Part shown: positions 1-9,300 of the stretch, in pieces
Numbering within the stretch: the stretch's first letter is position 1
How the letters are laid out: every line of letters starts with the position of its first letter
Virus record (IMG/VR): IMGVR_UViG_3300034683_000093
Span: 1 to 46,540 of that record
From: a virus
Lineage: Duplodnaviria > Caudoviricetes
Direction: 5' to 3' (one strand)
DNA length: 46,540 bases
Made by a program: the position numbers and the translations under genes
The notes under the pieces: model-generated
What the model was told of the DNA's origin: nothing
What the model saw: the letters and a program-made list of their open reading frames with translations, nothing else
Databases searched by the model: none

Positions 1-94
1 TTTTATAGTAAATAATAAATAGTAGAAGTGTAATCAACAACAATGGTGCACTATCTAAACTCATTAAATATTTCAATAACTCTATCAATGACAT
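1..94 (-). CDS. Partial membrane protein (N-terminus only, runs off window edge; holin-like hydrophobicity)
   Basis: Read manually: AGAGGA RBS then ATG at 94, MSLIELLKYLMSLDSAPLLLITLLLFIIYYK..., open to base 1; not in the ORF track. Confidence 0.6.
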   Translation of the reverse strand, partial: MSLIELLKYLMSLDSAPLLLITLLLFIIYYK

Positions 95-127
95 TAATAT
101 TCCTCTTATTTATTTAGACAATTTTAA

Positions 128-1703
128 CCTAAATTCAGCAAGAAGTCTCCATCTTCTATAAGGTGGAGATGAATTGCTGACTAATATAATTGTTATTTCT
201 ACAAATTAGCTGCAATTCTTTCGGATTGATTTGTTTATATTTTTCTGATATTCGTAAATAATTACCTTCTATGTCCTGTACATATACCCATTTTCCTGTA
301 AAACCTGATATATAGCCTATTTTATCTATTGAAGGTATATATACTTTATCCCACAAACACCAGCAGTTATTATTAGTTATGATTTTCTTTATGTTCTTTT
401 CGTTTCTTTTAGCATCTCTATTAGGTTTACTTCTTCCTTTACGTGGAATTTCTTCATGTAAGCTGCGTTTCTTTTTACGAACTTGCTTGATATAATAACT
501 GACTGATACCTCCTGTCTTGGTTTTATCCCCACAATAGCAATAGCATCATTTATGTGTGATTTTTCTAAATTCCATTCTTTGCGTTTTCTGCGGGTATAT
601 AGTCCAAAAGTATATTCTGTTGGTGCTATTTCCTGTAATTTAGAAACAAGATAATCCCTTAAGACATTCATAAATGCAGTAGCCTTAAAATTCCTAATTG
701 CTGGCGGATTTTTGCCAGTAAATTCTTTGTACAATAGATTGTCTTTCTGTCTGTTGTGTTCTTCGCAGCAACATACAAGATTAGTTGGATTATCTGTTCC
801 GCCTTTACTTTTAGGTATTATATGATCTACTGTCATTTTGCCTGAACATGGTATATCAGGTCTTAATTTAGCATAATGACATTGATAATTGTCTCTTATT
901 TTTACGTATTCCTTAACAGTGTCAAAACCTTTCATATCTCCATTTTGATATTCTTTACCTTGTATATTTGGATTTATTAATGCCTGTGTATCAAATTGTC
1001 CTACTTCTACAATGATGTTTGTAATAGGTATAATTTTAGATAACTTTTTTATAATATTGTAATGTGCATCAATTCTTGCTGTTATGGATGGTGGAAGCCA
1101 ACCATTTTTCCTTTTGCGGTTAAGAAATCTTGGTTTTCTGTAACGTGTTTTTCTGTTTCTTCTGCTTCTTCTAAGTCTACGTTTTGTTTCAATATTTTCT
1201 TTGATGTCTTGTCTTAATATTACTTGTGCTTTATAAATTATTCTGCCATCATCTGTTGTTACTGCTATGCCTATGTTTTTACTGCCAGCGTCAATACCAG
1301 CAGTACAACATTGTTTATAACCACTACTGCCGTATAACAGTTGGATTGTGAATGGTTCATATTTGACTATCTTTGCTTTGCCTTGCTTAAGCAGTTTCCT
1401 TGCTTTTGAAGGTTTGCACGACATAAGAGGTCTGCCATGTTTGTTTACAACGAACACTAACATAAAGTGTTCCTCCTTTCAGAGTTATTTGCCCATCGCC
1501 AATGTTAGACAAGCTTACACGTACAAGCCACTGTTCCTACCCACAGAACTGTTTAGGTCATGTACGACAGAGCTTGAAACTTGAGCATCATTTCAAGGTG
1601 TCATAACCTGTCTAACGTAGCCCCGTCAGCATATTGCTGGTGGCTGAGGCTAGTCAACCAAGGCTTTTTCAAGCCTCCGCTTCTATAAGCGGGGGTAGTT
1701 GAC
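128..1703 (-). mobile_element. IS200/IS605-family IscB element (no tnpA)
   Basis: Subterminal hairpins at about 146-170 and 1674-1695, end motif GTAGTTGAC at 1695-1703, TTTAA flank at 123-127; removing 128-1703 restores the reading frame of the flanking gene. Confidence 0.88.
156..1463 (-). CDS. iscB: IscB RNA-guided endonuclease (RRXRR/PLMP, split RuvC, HNH)
   Basis: PLMS (PLMP-like) N-terminus, RuvC-I GIDAGSK, Arg-rich bridge helix RRLRRSRRNRK, RuvC-II IVEVG, HNH DHIIPKSKGGTDNPTNL, RuvC-III SHINDA; AAAGGAGG RBS. Confidence 0.96.
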   Translation of the reverse strand: MLVFVVNKHGRPLMSCKPSKARKLLKQGKAKIVKYEPFTIQLLYGSSGYKQCCTAGIDAGSKNIGIAVTTDDGRIIYKAQVILRQDIKENIETKRRLRRSRRNRKTRYRKPRFLNRKRKNGWLPPSITARIDAHYNIIKKLSKIIPITNIIVEVGQFDTQALINPNIQGKEYQNGDMKGFDTVKEYVKIRDNYQCHYAKLRPDIPCSGKMTVDHIIPKSKGGTDNPTNLVCCCEEHNRQKDNLLYKEFTGKNPPAIRNFKATAFMNVLRDYLVSKLQEIAPTEYTFGLYTRRKRKEWNLEKSHINDAIAIVGIKPRQEVSVSYYIKQVRKKKRSLHEEIPRKGRSKPNRDAKRNEKNIKKIITNNNCWCLWDKVYIPSIDKIGYISGFTGKWVYVQDIEGNYLRISEKYKQINPKELQLICRNNNYISQQFISTL

Positions 1704-1720
1704 ATTAGTTGTTTGGCATT
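1478..1720 (-). ncRNA. IscB omegaRNA (HEARO-like scaffold starting at 1703 plus 5' flank-derived guide)
   Basis: GC-richer multi-hairpin region directly upstream of iscB beginning GTCAACTACCCC; stems such as GTTAGACAGG/CTTGTCTAAC and CTTGAAA/TTTCAAG; ends approximate. Confidence 0.85.
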
Positions 1721-2093
1721 GTTCTTTTAATTTAACAAAATTATAAACATAGCCATTTTGGGTTATTGATTTAACAACTTCTAATTTTACTAACGTTGGT
1801 TCCGTAAAAGTCATACATTCTGTTACTAATCCATTATCAAAACATATTTGTGAAACACATAATGTTTCTTCTTTTATATTTTTTGTAACGTTATTTATTT
1901 TTTTATAACTAGTGTAATAATAATCTAAGACAAATAAAAATATTATTAATATAGTATAAATAAAATATTTCTTAAAAAATACACTCACATAATTATTATA
2001 AAAACTAGTATTATTTTTTGTTTGTTCTTTCAATTTATTATCACTTGGTTCTTGATTAACTGATCCATCTTTAAAAGTAAATTTTTTAGACAT
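1683..2093 (-). CDS. Single-pass membrane protein; last 6 residues and stop supplied by the IS end
   Basis: One hydrophobic segment (FIYTILIIFLFVL); GAGAGG RBS; terminal VNYPRL* is encoded by the element end GTCAACTACCCCCGCTTATAG. Confidence 0.75.
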   Translation of the reverse strand: MSKKFTFKDGSVNQEPSDNKLKEQTKNNTSFYNNYVSVFFKKYFIYTILIIFLFVLDYYYTSYKKINNVTKNIKEETLCVSQICFDNGLVTECMTFTEPTLVKLEVVKSITQNGYVYNFVKLKEQCQTTNVNYPRL

Positions 2094-2114
2094 AGTGTAA
2101 ATCCTCTCTAAAAA

Positions 2115-3149
2115 TTATTTAATAATATCAATATATTCATAACAATTATTTGGTATACTAAAAAAACTCTTACTATTTAAACTTTCTTGATTGATTATTA
2201 AATATGTCAAATTCCCATATTGACCAGAAGTTTTATTATTCATATAATTATCAAAAAACATTTGGGCTGTTAAATACCCCATTCTAGTAAAATTAATAGA
2301 ACTAACAATATCTGCCCCATATTTAATAGATGAAATATTTGTTGTAACTTGAATGCCCTTATTTTTTAACTTATCATGTAAATATATAATCATTTGGGGC
2401 TTATTGTAACTTTCAGCAATTTTAATATTCAAGATGTCCTGTAAAGTATTTACAATAATAATATACTCAACACTATTGTTTCTAAAAAAATTATCTACAT
2501 CTTGTATTGTTTCCATTTTTATAAGTACAGGTTTATAATTATACTTTTTAAAATATTCAAGCCAATTATCCTTCAAATATATAGATGTGGGTGTATCATC
2601 ATATAATAAATATATATTATTTCTATATTCCCAATTAACACAATTTAAGAAATTAAAAAAATTATCTAACACTAAATATTCTTCTACACCAAACATAAGC
2701 TTGTTTATCACAAATTTTAAAACAGGATACTCTTCAATATATTTACTTAAAGGTTTATTCAAACCACTAAAATATATATTATATCCTTTATCAATTAAAT
2801 AAGGAATCGTTAAGTATTTAAAGGCATTATCATCGACTATAAAAATAACATCTGGGTGATTTTTTTCTATTTGTTTATATATTTCCTTAGCAGATTCTTT
2901 TTTAGCATATTCTAAGATATTAGTATATCTACTATTCATATAAAATAGTTTTATTGTATAACTAAATAAATTTTCATGCTCTTTTAACGATTGTAAAATC
3001 CCAGTTAACTGTGGTTCTCCACAAACATGATTTATATTGTAAGACTGAACTATAACAATCTTTAATTTTATTTTTTGATTTTCAGGGTTGGCTAACGAGA
3101 TTATTGGTATAAATAAAAACATTAATAAAATAAATAAAAATCTATACAT
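2115..3149 (-). CDS. Secreted ABC-transporter substrate-binding-like protein
   Basis: Signal peptide ending ISLA; motifs IVQSY, PDVIFIVDDNAF, FSGLN, GVEE, GYLTAQM resemble the ABC_sub_bind periplasmic-binding fold. Confidence 0.62.
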   Translation of the reverse strand: MYRFLFILLMFLFIPIISLANPENQKIKLKIVIVQSYNINHVCGEPQLTGILQSLKEHENLFSYTIKLFYMNSRYTNILEYAKKESAKEIYKQIEKNHPDVIFIVDDNAFKYLTIPYLIDKGYNIYFSGLNKPLSKYIEEYPVLKFVINKLMFGVEEYLVLDNFFNFLNCVNWEYRNNIYLLYDDTPTSIYLKDNWLEYFKKYNYKPVLIKMETIQDVDNFFRNNSVEYIIIVNTLQDILNIKIAESYNKPQMIIYLHDKLKNKGIQVTTNISSIKYGADIVSSINFTRMGYLTAQMFFDNYMNNKTSGQYGNLTYLIINQESLNSKSFFSIPNNCYEYIDIIK

Positions 3150-3197
3150 ATTGTGTATACCTATTATACATTAGTTAATTTAATGAAATCAAATTGT

Positions 3198-3210
3198 TTT
3201 TTATTTGTTC
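3198..3210 (-). promoter_or_regulatory. Candidate phage promoter motif GAACAAATAAAAA
   Basis: Intergenic, immediately after a terminator and about 50 nt before the 3149 start; motif recurs at five other intergenic sites. Confidence 0.5.
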
Positions 3211-3245
3211 AAAAAATAAAAAGAGGACCAATTAAGGTCCTCTTT
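3211..3245 (-). terminator. Rho-independent terminator after tail sheath gene
   Basis: Perfect stem AAAGAGGACC-ttaatt-GGTCCTCTTT followed by T-tract on the minus strand. Confidence 0.85.
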
Positions 3246-3260
3246 GAAAATCAATTTAAG

Positions 3261-5186
3261 TTACTTAATATAAAAATTAAGCAATATTTTCTCTACTGGC
3301 TCTATTGGGTCTAATTCTATATTGATATGGAATGTCTTTCTTTTCTTCTCGTATTCTGTGGCACCAACTTCTACATTGTAGTCATATAATCCTCTTCTAT
3401 TCTTAATATCTTCAAGGAATCTAATGACTTCACCTTTAACCTGAGTCCATGTAATTTCATCATTTTGTTCAAATATAAAATATTTAGAGAACTGTTTCAA
3501 TGCCCTATCAATATATAAAACCATCCTAACAACATTAAGTGATTGCATTTTAGATGGCTTTCTTTGAGATGTCAATTGTCCCCAAACAACATATCCAGCA
3601 TTAAACAATACAGTTGGGTTAATTTGATTGAGATACATTTGATCTCTATCACCCTGTAATGGATTATATTCTAACTCATCAATATCTTGGATGGCTGCTC
3701 TGTTAAAACCAGCAGGGGCAAACCATAATTCTCCTACTGTATCATTGTAAGGTATAATTTGTGCCATATGATAAACTGGTGAGACCCAAAGTTTCATACC
3801 ACTAAATGGATCAGTAACTTTTCTATATTGTGAATATATAGCACAATGATAAGTATTATAAGATTGTTCCATTCTTCTAGCTCTTAGTTCTTGTTCAAGA
3901 TTTCTATTCCTACCATTATCAAGAATAGCAACACAATCTTTTCTTAATGCATATGCTAATTGAACAATAGCATCTTTAACAGCTTTTGGATATCCACCAT
4001 CATATACTATTGAAAAATAAATATTCTCAACATCAATTACTTGTGAATCATAAATACCAGAATATGCCTTAATTAAACATTCATTAGCTACAGTTGGATT
4101 AATAGTGCCATCAGCATTAAACAATGAACCAGAAGAACCACCACCAAATTGTCTGAATGATGGATCATCATTTCCATCTACTGGAATTATAAAGAAAGTT
4201 GCATATGGATCAAAATTACCAACAAATCCAGCACCCATATGATAATACAATTTACCATCTTCTGTTTGTATTAAATCACCATAACCAACAGTAACAGATG
4301 TATCCTCTACAAAATCACCAGTAAGATCATCATATTTAATAACTTTACCTATAAAATCATAAAATTCACCAAGAGCACTCTCAGCAACAAAATACTTATC
4401 ACCAGTTGATGGATTTTCAATGATATCATCATCAAATATAACCCCTTTAACATCAACTATATTATAACCAGTATTATTGACTATGTCTTGTGTTAAAAGT
4501 CTATATACTTGATCAAATGTTAAATTAGGATTCACTTTACACTTAATGTAATCACAGTATTTATCCAATACATCTTCAATAAACATTGAATCACCAGAAT
4601 AATCTCTGATATCTTTTCTAAATGTTACATCAAATGAATCAGCTATATCATAATAACCATCAATATTCTTGGCATAAATATCCAATACATAAACATAATC
4701 AACATTGGCAGATTTAGTAAATTTAATTTTGAAATCATTATAATACTCACCTCTACCAGTAGCATAAAAGACAGCCAATGGAATACTGGAAGAGACATTG
4801 GTGTTATTCAAATAAATATCTGCATCATCAACATCATGCATAGTAATATTTTCAAATAATACTACATGATTTGTCACATCATACTTGACTGCAATATTTG
4901 CATAAGTTGCATCTGCTGGTAATGCTCTCATACAATATAATGCAGTAGAATTTTGGATAAACTTATCAGCAATCAATAAACCTTGACCATATGCTGTCGA
5001 ATATTTTTCAATATTTGGATATCCAAATTCATTCAATAAGTCTTTTCTAGATGACTTAAAAACTAATTGATTGTCCCTACCTTTGTCAGCAAAAAATGCC
5101 ACAAATGCTATTGTTGAAGGCACAGCCTCAACATAAGTACTTAAATCTGTTATCTTACTATAAACACCTGGAGAAATGGGTTCCAT
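3261..5186 (-). CDS. Contractile tail sheath protein
   Basis: N-terminal SPGVY, C-terminal WFAPAGFNRA, INP, LNVVRM, FEQND motifs of myovirus sheath proteins; AAGGAGG RBS. Confidence 0.95.
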   Translation of the reverse strand: MEPISPGVYSKITDLSTYVEAVPSTIAFVAFFADKGRDNQLVFKSSRKDLLNEFGYPNIEKYSTAYGQGLLIADKFIQNSTALYCMRALPADATYANIAVKYDVTNHVVLFENITMHDVDDADIYLNNTNVSSSIPLAVFYATGRGEYYNDFKIKFTKSANVDYVYVLDIYAKNIDGYYDIADSFDVTFRKDIRDYSGDSMFIEDVLDKYCDYIKCKVNPNLTFDQVYRLLTQDIVNNTGYNIVDVKGVIFDDDIIENPSTGDKYFVAESALGEFYDFIGKVIKYDDLTGDFVEDTSVTVGYGDLIQTEDGKLYYHMGAGFVGNFDPYATFFIIPVDGNDDPSFRQFGGGSSGSLFNADGTINPTVANECLIKAYSGIYDSQVIDVENIYFSIVYDGGYPKAVKDAIVQLAYALRKDCVAILDNGRNRNLEQELRARRMEQSYNTYHCAIYSQYRKVTDPFSGMKLWVSPVYHMAQIIPYNDTVGELWFAPAGFNRAAIQDIDELEYNPLQGDRDQMYLNQINPTVLFNAGYVVWGQLTSQRKPSKMQSLNVVRMVLYIDRALKQFSKYFIFEQNDEITWTQVKGEVIRFLEDIKNRRGLYDYNVEVGATEYEKKRKTFHINIELDPIEPVEKILLNFYIK

Positions 5187-5227
5187 AATTTATCCTCCTT
5201 TAAAAATGAATTCTATTAGTATTAAAT

Positions 5228-5240
5228 TTTATATTTGTTC
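5228..5240 (-). promoter_or_regulatory. Candidate phage promoter motif GAACAAATATAAA
   Basis: Between terminator and sheath start codon; identical 13-mer at 6341-6353 and 35908-35920. Confidence 0.55.
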
Positions 5241-5249
5241 TGTTTAAAC

Positions 5250-5279
5250 AAAAAAATAGGTACCCAAGATTGGATACCC
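5250..5279 (-). terminator. Rho-independent terminator
   Basis: GGTATCCA-atct-TGGGTACC stem (one G-U pair) followed by TATTTTTTT on the minus strand. Confidence 0.7.
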
Positions 5280-5318
5280 CAATAATTTTGCACTAATATT
5301 TAATGATTATTTATATTT

Positions 5319-5963
5319 TTAGAAAAATAAATACCAAATTAAAACAATTTCTCTGTTTTGATCTTTTCTTACTGTGGAAAATGTTACTCTTGAAAACAAT
5401 TTAAAAGTTGTTGCATTTGCAGCTAAATGACTATTTGACAACCATAATGCGGCTTCATTTAAATCATAAACATTTGCCTCATCTCTTAAAATTGTAGTTG
5501 TCAATTTTGCAATCAAATATCTGTTATCATTAGAATCATCCATTAGAATTTCAATAGAGTCAAAATTTTTCTTTCTACCACCATCTGCATAAGTTGTATT
5601 ATTTGGATCTATAACTATTTGACTACTTAATCCAGAATCATTTATGTTGGGAGCAATTGGGTTCAATGGGTCTGTTGTCAATGCTCCACCAGTACCAACA
5701 CTTAACCAAGATACATATAAATCTTTTTCATTAGACCCAGTTACCCTATCAAAATTCAATGCTCTTTGTAGAATTGTTTCTCTACCATCATATACAATTA
5801 AATTTTGTTTGTCTAACAATTTTCCAGTTTCTTTATCAACAATCTCTACAAAACCTTTAATAGAATTTCTGTTATTGATATTCTCTGGAAATTTGTTTCC
5901 AACTATACATTTGTCATCCTGAGTCTTGACTATATTATCCGAAAATATAATTTGATTCTTCAC
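5319..5963 (-). CDS. Tail-collar/baseplate fibre-attachment-like protein
   Basis: NLIVxxGR, SVGTGG, LNEAAL, LFSRVTF..K...IxW pattern typical of tail-collar proteins; start revised to GTG at 5963 behind GGAGG because the ORF-track extension lies in the mini-element. Confidence 0.72.
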   Translation of the reverse strand: MKNQIIFSDNIVKTQDDKCIVGNKFPENINNRNSIKGFVEIVDKETGKLLDKQNLIVYDGRETILQRALNFDRVTGSNEKDLYVSWLSVGTGGALTTDPLNPIAPNINDSGLSSQIVIDPNNTTYADGGRKKNFDSIEILMDDSNDNRYLIAKLTTTILRDEANVYDLNEAALWLSNSHLAANATTFKLFSRVTFSTVRKDQNREIVLIWYLFF

Positions 5964-5986
5964 TTTGCAATCCTCCAGATATTTAT

Positions 5987-6322
5987 TATAAAGTGCAAGA
6001 AGACACCCACCTCTATAGGTGGGGGATGAATTGCACCTATAGTACATATACCATTTAAACAACCTCCTTTAATAAAGGTAAGTCAGGCAAAAGCCTGTAA
6101 GTCCACTTCGCCAATGTTACAGTAGGTTTTTCAGTAACAGCACTTCTCCTACCCATCAGAGATGTTTAACCATTACCCACAGAGCTTGGAACTTGTGGAG
6201 CATCCCAAGGTGTCTATATATTCTACTGTAACGTAGCTAAAAAGTAATCCTTTTAGCTTAGGCTAATCAACCGAGCTTGTTTTTCTACAAGCCCCCACCT
6301 CTATAGGTGGTGGGTAGTTGAC
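5987..6322 (-). mobile_element. Non-autonomous IscB-derived miniature element (PATE/MITE-like), copy 1
   Basis: Same end hairpins as the iscB element; retains omegaRNA, AAAGGAGG RBS and MVYVL* (6054-6037) fused to the far end; ATAAA flank at 5982-5986. Confidence 0.88.
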
Positions 6323-6341
6323 ATTTTCTGTTCATATCTTT
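6070..6341 (-). ncRNA. Orphan omegaRNA, copy 1
   Basis: Homologous to the scaffold at 1478-1703 with compensatory stems; ends approximate. Confidence 0.8.
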
Positions 6342-6353
6342 TTATATTTGTTC
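6341..6353 (-). promoter_or_regulatory. Candidate phage promoter motif GAACAAATATAAA
   Basis: Intergenic copy of the recurrent motif, 18 nt upstream of the omegaRNA scaffold. Confidence 0.55.
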
Positions 6354-6361
6354 ATAATGCA

Positions 6362-9300
6362 CTAATAATCTTTGATCAAAACTGTAATACCATCATTTGT
6401 AGAAAATGTATTATTTGATAAATTAGAAACAGTATCATATCTAATGTAACCACCTCTTATCGAATCTATGTTATCATATTTTAATAAATCATCATGATAC
6501 TCAGATGGACCAATTGATCTAGTTGAAAATTTATCTTTAAAATCTAAATGGAAATCAGAATTTAATGTATCTTGTGTATTATTATAAGTATCAAAAAGTT
6601 CTTCTGATGATTTTATTCTACCAAATGTAACTCTTTCAGAAATAATCCATTTATCAAATGTAAAACCTTCATCATCTCTATCTAATACTGGTTTATCATT
6701 ATCATAAAAGTAATTAACATATGCTTTCTCATTAAAATATACCCTGGTTATATCTTGAAAACTTTGAGTAGGAACTATACGATTATCAAATAAGTCCTGC
6801 TTTATATTAAAAGTTAAATTATCTGATTTTTGAAATAGATCTTTTAATATCTGTCGAATTGTATAGTTAGTTATTTCTTTTATAATCAAATCATATCTTA
6901 CATTTCTCCATATATCTATATCATACATTCTATGCCACTCAGGTGTATATGGTATATCATTTATATCTAACCTTAATTGATTATAAAATATTTCACCTGA
7001 CATATCAAAATATTCACTATGATAATTTTTTATTTTATTCATCTCATATTCATTAATATATAATGTATTAAATGGATCTTTTATATTTAAAGCTAATGTT
7101 AAAACATCATTATATCGAGTATGTATTGGTTTATAAACATTTATAATTTTGGATATATTATCATCCATCTTTAAATAATATTGAGTAAAATATGCTTCTT
7201 CTTGTAAGAAAAATGTTACATAAACATCTAGTAATGAAACTATATTAAACAAACCAAAATTAAAATCTATTTCAAGAGGTTGTGCTAACAAATTATCTAA
7301 ATATTTCTTGAAATCTGGATTTATTTCTTCTAGAAATTGACCTATTTTCTCTGTCGAATCTATTTCTTTATTATCAACGCTTATATCAATATCTTCTAAA
7401 TTCTCTTCACCTAATGCATATGGGTCATCCATAAAATGATTTACATATTCTTCTGTTGATGCTGGTCTTGTAAAATATTTTATAAATTGTTTTCTTTTTT
7501 CTTCTAATATAGTTTTATTTGTTGGTTGGTAAATACTTTCATAATATGTTCCAAATAAAGCAAAATCATTATATGTAAATAAATTATTATCTAAATTCAT
7601 TGCCCAATTATTACTATGATTATCAGCAATCAATGTCTCTTCAAAATTGCAATTCAATACATATTTTGTTTGATTATTATCTACATCATAACAATCAATA
7701 CAAATAAACTGCATATCAATTATATCTAATTTAATACACTTATCAATCTTTGGAAATTCATTAGTTGTATTAATTTTGAAAGTTTCCCATACATTATTTC
7801 TATATCTAAATAAATTATACCCATTAACAAGAACTAGATCACCATTATTTAATAGTTTAATAAATACTTTATAATCATTATCAATGAGATCAATTATATT
7901 TTGTGGAATATCAATAGATACAATATTAGGATAATTATAATTACCTTTAAAATAGAATGGTAAATTTATACCATCTCGTAACCAACCATTAACATCATCA
8001 CTATTATCCAAGTTACTACTTACATATTCATTTAATTGTTCTAAATTAAACTTATATATTTTCTTTTCTTCATGTAGATAAATTACCACATCATTATGTT
8101 TATTATGACTAATATCAAAATTAGTAAAAGAAATATTTCTAAAATTTGTTAAATTTATACATGATGTATTATGATAATCTAACACATATAAATTTTTATC
8201 AAATTGATTATTAGAGTTATAACCAAATGCTAATACATTAAATCTATTATTAATACTAAATGTTTTAAAATTATAATATTTCCAATTAATATTATAATTA
8301 AACCATTTATGTCTTATTAAATCATATTTACATATGTTTGTATTAAGTTGATTGTTATTATCTTTCCCACCAATTAAATAAATGTAACCTTGTATATAAG
8401 AACATCCATGGTTATATAAATAATAAGGTATATCCCTCGAAATAACAGATGTTAGTGATTCTTTATCTATAAAGTATATCTTATTTAAAACGCTACCATC
8501 TCCACCTATTCCACCACTGACCACGATATTATTCCCATAAGTTGTGGCAGAATAATCTTTCTTTGAATTAATTAAAAAATAAAAATCATTTCTATTTTCA
8601 TATTCAGTATTTACTAATAATTTCTTTTTATATTTTCTATAATCAGATATATTCTCTTGATTATCTTCTTTAAAATAATTGTATGTAAATTTTTCTGAGG
8701 TTTTATCTACAGGCCGTTGATGCACATCTACCCAAATATCTTTCAATTTCTGATATTCATAAAATCTAGTTACATAATCATATATACTTGAATCTTCTGG
8801 ATATTCTGTAAGATCAAGATCAATATTGCTTAATAATATATTACCATTAGCCTCATTGTTTTCAAATTTACCATATCTTTTTGTCCAAATATATCCTAAA
8901 CCTAAAAATGTTTCTAAGAGTGATAAAAATTTACCAGATTGTTCATGATACAATAATCTATGTGGATCAAATGAAAAACTTGAATCATTTTTATTAGCTT
9001 GATAATAATTATATTCTTCATGAATTATTTTTGTTAGATGTGTTAATTGTCTATAAAAAGCATTTAAATCTGGTGCAGCAACTATTTTTAAATATGGTGT
9101 TAATGAAGGTAATTCTAATCCATCGTTCTTATCAGGATTTTTAATTATCTTTAATATATCATCTTTTTGATAATACCAATGTGGATCTTTTTTAGTATAA
9201 TATTCAAATTCATTTTTAAATTCTATATCAAAACTTGTTCTTCTTAGCTCATTTCTTCTAATTGGATATGACTTAAAAAATAAATCAGTATCATTTGGAT

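Noticed and set aside
156-1463. Cas9 or simple HNH homing endonuclease
   Set aside because: 435 aa, PLMP-like N-terminus, omegaRNA and IS ends, no CRISPR array: IscB
2014-2027. Extra copy of the GAACAAAC motif
   Set aside because: Lies inside a coding region and is easily produced by chance in AT-rich DNA
5964-6062. N-terminal extension MFKWYMYY... of the 247-aa ORF
   Set aside because: Mostly mini-element sequence; GGAGG-GTG at 5963 is the better start
5987-6322. Mini-elements as group I introns/IStrons, tRNAs or riboswitches
   Set aside because: No group I core or cloverleaf recognised; sequence is explained by omegaRNA homology and IS ends, and both IscB-derived copies are intergenic
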